Part shown: piece by piece, positions 5,035 through 10,945 of the stretch
How the letters are laid out: every line of letters begins with the position of its first letter
How positions within the stretch are numbered: the first letter of the stretch is position 1
Source: a virus
Length of the DNA: 10,945 nucleotides
Strand: one strand, 5' to 3'
IMG/VR virus record: IMGVR_UViG_3300035698_005843
Coordinates: 1 to 10,945 of that record
Program-made: the position numbers and the translations under genes
The notes under the pieces: model-generated
The model's input: the letters and a program-made list of their open reading frames with translations, nothing else
Databases searched by the model: none
Told to the model about the DNA's origin: nothing

Positions 5035-5205
5035 ATGGAACCAACAAGAGACGACTGGGTATTGACCCGGGAAGAAGCAAGCAGCCAGGAAATGCAGCAT
5101 AGAATCGCGATGGAATGCGCCCAGGCTGTATTTGAAATGTGCGAATCGAAGATCAAGAGATTCCCCAAACCAAAAGACGACGATGACCCAGGAGACACCG
5201 TTTAA
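5035..5205 (+). CDS. 56-aa acidic protein upstream of, and overlapping, the terminase start. Possible small packaging subunit or regulator.
   Basis: It has the best SD in the window. MEPTRDDWVLTREEASSQEMQHRIAMECAQAVFEMCESKIKRFPKPKDDDDPGDTV. It ends at the TAA at 5203-5205, 23 nt past the proposed terL ATG. It is below the ORF-track length cut-off. Confidence 0.55.
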   Translation: MEPTRDDWVLTREEASSQEMQHRIAMECAQAVFEMCESKIKRFPKPKDDDDPGDTV

Positions 5206-6442
5206 GTGGGACAAATGGCAGCGGGAACTACTGGAAACTGATGGCGACATCACGATCCGGTCCGGGCGCCAGGTAGGAAAGAGTGAAGTCATTAGCGAGA
5301 AGGCTGTACAGTTCGCCCTCAAAAATGACAACACCACCATAATGATAATAGCAGCTAGCCAGCGGCAATCTAGCTTGTTATTTGAGAAGGTTCGGGCTAA
5401 GTTGGACATGGAAGGCGACATCTACGCCGACCAACCAACCCTAACCAAGATTGACTTACTGAATGGCAGCAGGATCTACAGTCTACCAGCTGGCCGTACT
5501 GGTTACTTTATCAGGGGCTTCACAATTGACTTGCTCATTTGTGACGAAGCCGCATATATCCCTGAGGAAGTCTGGAAAGCGGTAATTCCGATGATCGCCG
5601 TCAGTAAGAAAACTAGGGGCATGGGTGACATAATTTTACTAAGCACTCCGTTTGGCAAAGGCGGCTATTACTACAGCTCTTTCACTGATCCTGATTTCAA
5701 ATCATTTCATGTCAGCAGCGAAGATTGCCGGAGGATCCCAAAGGCTTTCTTACATAAAGAAAAACGCCGACTGACAAAAGCCGAATACAGGCAGGAATAT
5801 CTTGGAGAGTTCACTGACGAATGGAATCAATTCTTCCCGACTATACTTATCAAGAAGTGTATGACATTCATTGAATGGGATAAAGACAAAGACGGCCTAC
5901 CCGGTGCCGCGTACTACCTGGGCGAAGATATAGCAAGATACGGAGGGGATGATAATGGATTTGTGTTTGTGGAAATGGCGAAGAAACATCTCAAAGTCGT
6001 CAAAGTCGCGGAATCTAATAGGGTCAGTACAACTGATACTATCGGTAGGACAGTGGAGTATGACAAATACTGGCAATTTAAGAGAATATTCATTGATGAT
6101 GGCGGTTTGGGCGGATCAGTCACAGATGTATTACAGGAAAAGCTTGGCCGTCGTGTTATTGGATTAAACAACTCAAGCAAACGCCTCAAGATAGAAGGCG
6201 AAGAAAAAAAGAAAGGAATACTAAAGGAGGATATGTACAGCAATGCCTTAATGCTGATGGAAACTGACAAAATCGAGATCATAAGCGATCTGCGACTGCT
6301 CAGGAGCCTAAAAAGCATGACATTTGAATACACTACCTACGGCAATATTAAGATCTTTGGACCCGACAGCCACCTCGCGGAGGCTTTCGTGCGCGCATGC
6401 TGGTGTATCAAAGACAAAGGCCTCGATCTGTACATATATTAA
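5183..6442 (+). CDS. terL: Terminase large subunit (ATPase + RNase H-like nuclease), 419 aa.
   Basis: Walker A-like SGRQVGKSE. Walker B LLICDEAAYI. STPFGKGG motif. Acidic nuclease motifs GEDIARYGGDDNGF, IFIDDGGLGG and DSHLAEAF. The start is set at the ATG at 5183; the ORF-track start at 5132 is a TTG inside the 56-aa ORF. Confidence 0.9.
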   Translation: MTQETPFKWDKWQRELLETDGDITIRSGRQVGKSEVISEKAVQFALKNDNTTIMIIAASQRQSSLLFEKVRAKLDMEGDIYADQPTLTKIDLLNGSRIYSLPAGRTGYFIRGFTIDLLICDEAAYIPEEVWKAVIPMIAVSKKTRGMGDIILLSTPFGKGGYYYSSFTDPDFKSFHVSSEDCRRIPKAFLHKEKRRLTKAEYRQEYLGEFTDEWNQFFPTILIKKCMTFIEWDKDKDGLPGAAYYLGEDIARYGGDDNGFVFVEMAKKHLKVVKVAESNRVSTTDTIGRTVEYDKYWQFKRIFIDDGGLGGSVTDVLQEKLGRRVIGLNNSSKRLKIEGEEKKKGILKEDMYSNALMLMETDKIEIISDLRLLRSLKSMTFEYTTYGNIKIFGPDSHLAEAFVRACWCIKDKGLDLYIY

Positions 6443-6447
6443 AGAAA

Positions 6448-6624
6448 ATGAGCGGAATCAGATATAATGTAAAACAACGGCAAATAGTGCGGCGAATCAA
6501 CGATCTAAAGCAATTACAGCAAAAAGCCTACAATAGATGGCATTTCTACGACATAAAGATAGGCGCACTCAAATCTTTAGTTGAAAGGGAGGGGTTTGAA
6601 CAACGCATAAATGACAATATTTAA
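6448..6624 (+). CDS. 58-aa basic hypothetical protein (MSGIRYNVKQRQIVRRINDLKQLQQKAYNRWHFYDIKIGALKSLVEREGFEQRINDNI).
   Basis: The internal ATG of ORF 6397..6624 lies 5 nt after the terL stop. The longer version would overlap terL. Confidence 0.5.
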   Translation: MSGIRYNVKQRQIVRRINDLKQLQQKAYNRWHFYDIKIGALKSLVEREGFEQRINDNI

Positions 6625-6632
6625 ATAGTAGG
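6620..6632 (+). promoter_or_regulatory. Second exact copy of TTTAAATAGTAGG, 18 nt upstream of the ATG at 6651.
   Basis: Identical to 382-394. It spans the stop codon of the 58-aa ORF and the 26-nt gap. Confidence 0.4.
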
Positions 6633-6650
6633 ATTGGTAGAAAAAGGAGA

Positions 6651-7022
6651 ATGGCAAATGCAGGACAATTCGCACAAGATGCAGATATACTGCTTAGAGT
6701 TGGAACTAACGCCAGCGCTACCGTCAAAGCCGCTGGCTGGTTCGACACTATAATTCTGGATGTAGAAGCTATCGTAAACGTCCTGACAAGAACAGATTGG
6801 AGCACATTGGACTCAGCAACCACGCTAAACACCACAGTTCGCGGGATCCTGATTGATACAGGCGCCAGCCTTGCAGCAATACAGGGCATAATGTGGGATA
6901 TGTCCGGCTTCACAAGCCGAACAGAAGCCGAGGACATGGTGAATGTCCTCAGGGATACGGCATTAAGAAACATGTCAATTCTTAGAGATATGAAGCAACA
7001 GACCTTCATAAAGGAGGCATAA
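6651..7022 (+). CDS. 123-aa, mostly helical protein. Possible head-tail adaptor or head completion protein.
   Basis: Size, helical character and location at the head of the portal-containing block. There is no diagnostic motif, so the function is a guess. Confidence 0.6.
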   Translation: MANAGQFAQDADILLRVGTNASATVKAAGWFDTIILDVEAIVNVLTRTDWSTLDSATTLNTTVRGILIDTGASLAAIQGIMWDMSGFTSRTEAEDMVNVLRDTALRNMSILRDMKQQTFIKEA

Positions 7023-7477
7023 TGGTATTTGAGCATGATTATGAAAACTACCCTGAATTAACCAATAAGCAACTGCAGGAATTCCATTTCAGTTCGCCAC
7101 ACCCCCAAATTGTGGCGGACTTTTCTGCAACTGTCATTAAGGTTCATGACGGCGACACGATCACCCTAAGGACAGACTTCCGCGATTTCGATTTCCCTCT
7201 CAGATTTCTAGATATTGACGCCCCTGAAATGAATGCAGGCGGTGAAGCAGCCAGGGATTGGCTCAAATCCAAAATTCTCGGTCATGAGATCTCCGTTTCA
7301 ATTGACACAGACAACAGAGTCGGAAGGTATGGCAGGCTGCTAGGTAGAATATTCTTTAATGGAATCAACCTCGGCATGGAAATGTTATACCTGGGGCTTG
7401 TCAAGCCTTTCGGCATAAAAAAGGAGGGCCAAATACCTGATCTAGGTCAGATATTCATGATAAAACAATGGCTTTAA
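7022..7477 (+). CDS. Staphylococcal-nuclease-like (thermonuclease/SNase) protein, 151 aa.
   Basis: VIKVHDGDTITLRTD...PLRFLDIDAPEM...GGEAARDWLKSKILGHEISV...RVGRYGRLLGRIFFNGINLGMEMLYLGLVKPF matches the SNase pattern (DGDT ... R-hydrophobic-x-G-I-D-A-P-E ... Y-G-R-x-L ... G-L-A/V). Confidence 0.85.
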   Translation: MVFEHDYENYPELTNKQLQEFHFSSPHPQIVADFSATVIKVHDGDTITLRTDFRDFDFPLRFLDIDAPEMNAGGEAARDWLKSKILGHEISVSIDTDNRVGRYGRLLGRIFFNGINLGMEMLYLGLVKPFGIKKEGQIPDLGQIFMIKQWL

Positions 7478-7851
7478 ACTTCGGCTCGTCAGGATTGTTC
7501 CCAAGCACAGGGCTGCTTAATGATGATGGGTTGCTTAAAGAAAGATGGGATCAGGAAGGGAGCTCCCTCAAAGAATGGACTACAGTTGATTCCGCAGGAT
7601 CTCACAATCTATATACAGTACCCGCTAAAAAGAAAGTATTCATTACACAATTAACTTGTTCATCAAGTGTAGCGCGGTTTTGTTCATTGCAAAGGGGTAC
7701 AACGATTATAGTGACATTGCAATTAATTGGCCAAGATTCACATAGTTATACTTTTGGTTCGCCAGTAGAGTTCACAGCTGGCCAAATAGTTAATGTCAAT
7801 CAGCAAGCTGATCTGACATCATTTGTAGCAGGATGGGAAGAAAATGCATAA
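7468..7851 (+). CDS. 127-aa hypothetical protein, probably beta-rich and a virion component.
   Basis: Clean ORF overlapping its neighbours by 10 and 8 nt. No motif recognised (..LYTVPAKKKVFITQLTCSS..). Confidence 0.55.
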   Translation: MALNFGSSGLFPSTGLLNDDGLLKERWDQEGSSLKEWTTVDSAGSHNLYTVPAKKKVFITQLTCSSSVARFCSLQRGTTIIVTLQLIGQDSHSYTFGSPVEFTAGQIVNVNQQADLTSFVAGWEENA

Positions 7852-8053
7852 ATATATTGATGTTAAAAAGGTTGATGGCAAAATCATATTTGAATACGAA
7901 TTCAATAATGAGCCGGAGTTTTTCCATTTCGATATAGATACATTCACCCATGATAAACTAGCTTATGCCCTGGGTGCAAAGATGAAACTATCAGCCGATG
8001 ATATCGTGCTGACAGAAAAATTCAATCAAATAAAAACAGCGGTGACCAAATAA
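7844..8053 (+). CDS. 69-aa hypothetical protein.
   Basis: Clean ORF coupled to the portal gene by a TAATG overlap. Confidence 0.5.
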   Translation: MHKYIDVKKVDGKIIFEYEFNNEPEFFHFDIDTFTHDKLAYALGAKMKLSADDIVLTEKFNQIKTAVTK

Positions 8054-9144
8054 TGCCAGATCTAAGAATAGATGCAGCAGTAGAAGCAGGCGTAAGAAAT
8101 GTCATTACTGATTATAGCGTCGACAGCCAGGACACGGAAGGCGCAGGCACAGTAAAAGAAACTACATACCAAAATGTCAACTGGTCGCAGGATCTCGGCT
8201 ACTATAAATCCATCCCGGAATTTAAGACTGCAGTTGATGCAAAAGCGACCTGGACAATGGGTGCAGGATTTGAATCTGATGAAGTCACCACAATGTTACT
8301 TGGTAACATTAAAGGCAACGGAAAAGATTCTTTCAATACAATTCTAAAAAATATGATCAAAGTCAAGACCATTAGCCAAGATTCCTTCGCTGAAGTTATC
8401 CGTGACAAAGATAATGTTCTTGTCAACATAAAACCCCTCGATCCTGCATCTATGGTTATAGTGCAGGATCAACGCGGGAGAATCAAACGCTACGAACAAG
8501 TCAGCAAGACCAAAATTCCCAACCTAAAATTTAAACCAGAATCAATATTCCACCTCAGCCATGAGAGAATAGCTGACGAGATCCACGGAGTCAGGATCAT
8601 TGAATCATTGAAATGGCTGATCCTGGCAAGAAATGAAGCTATGTCGGACTGGAAACGTGTTCTGCATAGAAACATAGATCCGCTTTGGATCATCCACATG
8701 GATACAGACGATACTACAGAGATTGCAGGATTCAAAAAGAAATATGATTCCGCCCGGGCCAATGGCGAAAACATGTATGTCCCTAAAGGCGTAGTTGTTC
8801 CCGAACAGGTCACAACTGCCGCTAATGCTACACTCAACCCACTTAACTGGATCAATCAGCTGAATGATTATTTTTTCCAGGCTGTCAATGTTCCACAGAT
8901 CATAATCGGCAATGCTAAAGAATTCACAGACGCCAGCGGAAAAATAGTCTATCTTTCCTATGAGCAAAGCGTAAAGGCCGAACAGTTGTACATTGAGGAG
9001 CAGGTACTTGGTCAGCTAAATCTTGAGATTGCGCTTACATTCCCCGCAAGCTTGCAAAATGAATTAATCAGCGACAGAGATCAGGAATCAGATCTTCAGG
9101 CCTCACAACCTGATGATACAACAGCAGAATTGGAGGGAGCCTAA
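8053..9144 (+). CDS. Portal protein, 363 aa.
   Basis: Size, acidic C-terminal tail (..DRDQESDLQASQPDDTTAELEGA) and general resemblance to HK97-family portals (..IFHLSHERIADEIHGVRIIESL..NIDPLWIIH..MYVPKGV..). A genome with a TerL and an HK97-type capsid protein needs a portal, and this is the only candidate. Confidence 0.7.
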   Translation: MPDLRIDAAVEAGVRNVITDYSVDSQDTEGAGTVKETTYQNVNWSQDLGYYKSIPEFKTAVDAKATWTMGAGFESDEVTTMLLGNIKGNGKDSFNTILKNMIKVKTISQDSFAEVIRDKDNVLVNIKPLDPASMVIVQDQRGRIKRYEQVSKTKIPNLKFKPESIFHLSHERIADEIHGVRIIESLKWLILARNEAMSDWKRVLHRNIDPLWIIHMDTDDTTEIAGFKKKYDSARANGENMYVPKGVVVPEQVTTAANATLNPLNWINQLNDYFFQAVNVPQIIIGNAKEFTDASGKIVYLSYEQSVKAEQLYIEEQVLGQLNLEIALTFPASLQNELISDRDQESDLQASQPDDTTAELEGA

Positions 9145-9335
9145 TGCAAGTAAAAATCAACAATGATAGGAAAGTCGACATTAAGATCATACTTTTCGGA
9201 CTAGCATGCTTAACAACTTTGGAAATAGTTGCACTGTGTAATGGCATCAATGGAACAATGTTCACAATGGTAATTGCAATCATTGCCGGAATAACTGGCT
9301 TTGTAGTTCCAACACCAAATCTAATTAAGAAATAA
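9144..9335 (+). CDS. 63-aa membrane protein with two predicted hydrophobic helices. Holin-like or virion membrane-active protein.
   Basis: IKIILFGLACLTTLEIVALC and MFTMVIAIIAGITGFVV are hydrophobic segments. TAATG overlaps at both ends. Confidence 0.5.
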   Translation: MQVKINNDRKVDIKIILFGLACLTTLEIVALCNGINGTMFTMVIAIIAGITGFVVPTPNLIKK

Positions 9336-10555
9336 TGGTAGTCGTAAATCGCGGTAATTTGAGGCCAAGTATAAGGCGGAAACTCCCCGGCGGAGAAAAA
9401 AGAACAACAAGTGCAATTAGGCGTAGCTCTAAATCTAGCACGAAAACAAGCTCACGATCCACCCCAAGAACAAAAGTGACAGATCACCGCCAACCTCAGG
9501 AGATTGCAGCAACGCGAACGCCTATAAATAGGAGTACTGTCAGAGCAGCCACCGAACAGGAAAAGTTCGCTGGTACTCCCCAGGGCCAGGTAATCAAAGG
9601 ATTCCAGCAGGGATTGACAGGCAATTTTCCTACTGAGGATTTACAAACATTACCTCTGTCCTATCAGTTTGGTCTTATAGGTGGGGCTCTCACATTACCT
9701 TTGTCATTTTCAGCACAGTCTGCATCAGGTATGTCAGCTTTAGGTCAATCCACAAGAATTGGGGCCCCTAATACAGTGGATTTTCTAGGTCAGGTTTCTG
9801 GCCCTAGTAGATCAATTCCAAGAATAGCCCTCAATACGAAAACCGCAAAATTGACAAATGATATATTAAAAAAAACATTTAGTACCGGAGCATTGGCAGC
9901 AGCTGGTGGTTGGGCAGGAGCAGTATTTTTAGGCAATTGGGGACAAGCAGAAGCACCTGAACCATTAGGAATAGCATTGAATACAATTTTGATACCTGCA
10001 GCAAGAGATTCTGGTAACTGGACTGCAGTTGATGAAGCCATTGAAATGCAAAATGAAATAAATAATTTACCCTGGTGGGAACAAGTTGGCCTTTGGTCAC
10101 CGATCAGTCCAATTATAGGAATCCCAAATAAAATTAAGGGATCTATTGCCGGCACAAAAGTGGTTTCGAAAGCAATTGAGGATTTAAAGTCACAACAAGC
10201 TACAGGCGAATCAGACGATGATAAATGGACAAGAATAAGAGCAGAACAGGCTGCTCAAGAAAAGGCAGCTGTTGATTATTATAATCAACAGAGAAAAATC
10301 CAGTTTGATTATGAACAAGCATCCCGACAAGCAGCAGCTACAGCCAGAGCAGCTGATGATGCTTCAGAACGTAGACAAGAAATAAAAGCTATGCAAGAAG
10401 ATGCAGAATATTGGGCAGAGCAACGAGAAAAAGAAAGAAAACGAGAAGCGGAAGATAGGCTAGCAATAGCAGAATTTTGGATTGCATATCGTAAAAGAAT
10501 GCAAGAAATAGCAGACGACAACAGGCCGTCTAATTTAAACTTCGGCCTATTGTAG
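9335..10555 (+). CDS. 406-aa tripartite protein: basic Ser/Thr/Arg/Lys-rich N-terminus, Gly/Ala-rich hydrophobic middle, and a long charged coiled-coil C-terminus. Candidate internal, ejection or tail-associated protein.
   Basis: Composition read from the translation: RRKLPGGEKRTTSAIRRSSKSSTKTSSRSTPRTK; TGALAAAGGWAGAVFLGNWG; RAEQAAQEKAA...EQREKERKREAEDRLA. The function is inferred. Confidence 0.6.
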   Translation: MVVVNRGNLRPSIRRKLPGGEKRTTSAIRRSSKSSTKTSSRSTPRTKVTDHRQPQEIAATRTPINRSTVRAATEQEKFAGTPQGQVIKGFQQGLTGNFPTEDLQTLPLSYQFGLIGGALTLPLSFSAQSASGMSALGQSTRIGAPNTVDFLGQVSGPSRSIPRIALNTKTAKLTNDILKKTFSTGALAAAGGWAGAVFLGNWGQAEAPEPLGIALNTILIPAARDSGNWTAVDEAIEMQNEINNLPWWEQVGLWSPISPIIGIPNKIKGSIAGTKVVSKAIEDLKSQQATGESDDDKWTRIRAEQAAQEKAAVDYYNQQRKIQFDYEQASRQAAATARAADDASERRQEIKAMQEDAEYWAEQREKERKREAEDRLAIAEFWIAYRKRMQEIADDNRPSNLNFGLL

Positions 10556-10567
10556 GAGGAGAGAAAA

Positions 10568-10789
10568 ATGAGCGAATTAACCAAGTACCAGACTATAGAA
10601 TTACTTAAAGAATTGATAGACCGAGAAGTCGGCGCACCAGTTTGTGAAACTGTTGTAGATGAAGAAGTGCCAGCCGATGGCCAGTATGCAATCAAGTGCT
10701 CAAAATGCGGCAAAGATTCAACAGTACCATTCAAACCACGCGACACAAACCATAATCTACTGTGCCGCGATTGTTGGAGGACAAAATGA
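10568..10789 (+). CDS. 73-aa protein with a C-terminal zinc ribbon (CSKC-x18-CRDCW).
   Basis: Good SD (GGAGGAG at 10555-10561). ..AIKCSKCGKDSTVPFKPRDTNHNLLCRDCWRTK. The stop overlaps the start of the scaffold-like ORF (ATGA). Confidence 0.6.
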   Translation: MSELTKYQTIELLKELIDREVGAPVCETVVDEEVPADGQYAIKCSKCGKDSTVPFKPRDTNHNLLCRDCWRTK

Positions 10790-10945
10790 CAGAAGAAGAC
10801 GAACAGGAAGAACCAACGCAGCCAGACCCGGAACCAGTTCCGGATCCGGCTCCGGTTCCAGATCCGGTTGAGGAAAAGCCGGATCTTATTAAGAAAGCAA
10901 ACGAAGCCGCTGCCCGCCTGGAAAAGGCTAATGTTGACATGGCAG
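10786..10945 (+). CDS. 5' part of the wrap-around ORF (continues at position 1). Acidic, Pro-rich N-terminus (MTEEDEQEEPTQPDPEPVPDPAPVPDPVEEKPDLIKKANEAAARLEKANVDMA...). Putative scaffolding-like protein.
   Basis: The ATG at 10786 overlaps the upstream stop (ATGA). The frame is continuous with frame 1 at window position 1, because 10819-10786=33. Confidence 0.6.
   Translation, partial: MTEEDEQEEPTQPDPEPVPDPAPVPDPVEEKPDLIKKANEAAARLEKANVDMA
10819..10945. repeat. Terminal direct repeat, copy 2 (identical to 1-127).
   Basis: Same comparison as for copy 1. It lies inside the ORF that starts at 10786. Confidence 0.95.

Noticed and set aside
4580-5065. 161-aa + strand ORF covering the non-coding island.
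   Set aside because: It has no SD or translational coupling, unlike every other gene. The translation is Arg/Pro/Ser-rich and of low complexity. The ORF reads straight through the strong SD and ATG at 5035. Two long minus-strand ORFs are also open across its 3' half (from about 4850), which is typical of GC-rich non-coding DNA. It is still worth testing for protein-level conservation.
4848-5421. Minus-strand ORFs 4848..5198 (116 aa) and 4867..5421 (184 aa), and all other minus-strand ORFs in the track.
   Set aside because: They lie antisense to well-supported + strand genes or to the GC-rich island. They have odd compositions and no start context. The whole genome is otherwise organised as co-directional, translationally coupled + strand genes.
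1-10945. CRISPR arrays, tRNA or rRNA genes, integrase/att sites, reverse transcriptase or DGR, toxin-antitoxin or defence cassettes.
   Set aside because: I saw no regularly spaced repeats, no cloverleaf-compatible T-arm or acceptor sequences, and no ORF with recombinase, RT or recognisable defence-protein motifs. The tRNA and att calls were made by eye only and should be confirmed with tRNAscan-SE or ARAGORN.

Overview
The window is one complete, circularly closing virus-like genome. Bases 1-127 are identical to bases 10819-10945, so the unique unit is 10,818 bp. One ORF runs across the junction (10786 -> 291). All credible genes are on the + strand and are very tightly packed, with ATGA or TAATG stop/start overlaps at 4001, 4111, 4278, 7022, 8053, 9144, 9335 and 10786. 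Recognisable content is a tailed-virus (HK97-type) head and packaging module: a scaffold-like protein, a decoration-like protein, the major capsid protein, a fibre-like protein, a large terminase, an SNase-type nuclease, a portal, and a large basic/coiled-coil protein. There are also many tiny ORFs, including zinc-ribbon and wHTH proteins. I cannot recognise a DNA polymerase, integrase, tail tube or sheath, tape measure or lysin. The stand-out feature is the only large non-coding stretch, about 4567-5034 (468 bp), directly upstream of the packaging genes. It is clearly more G+C-rich than the rest (about 59% by hand count for 4581-4940). It folds on paper into a multi-helix structure closed by a perfect 19-bp long-range pairing. 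It also carries an 11-nt CCUCC-type pyrimidine tract that could pair with the next gene's Shine-Dalgarno. I interpret it as a candidate novel structured ncRNA or leader. The null hypothesis is a DNA-level pac/cos/ori site. The only two other intergenic gaps share an identical 13-nt TTTAAATAGTAGG motif that resembles an archaeal TATA box. Host domain, bacterial or archaeal, cannot be settled from the sequence alone.
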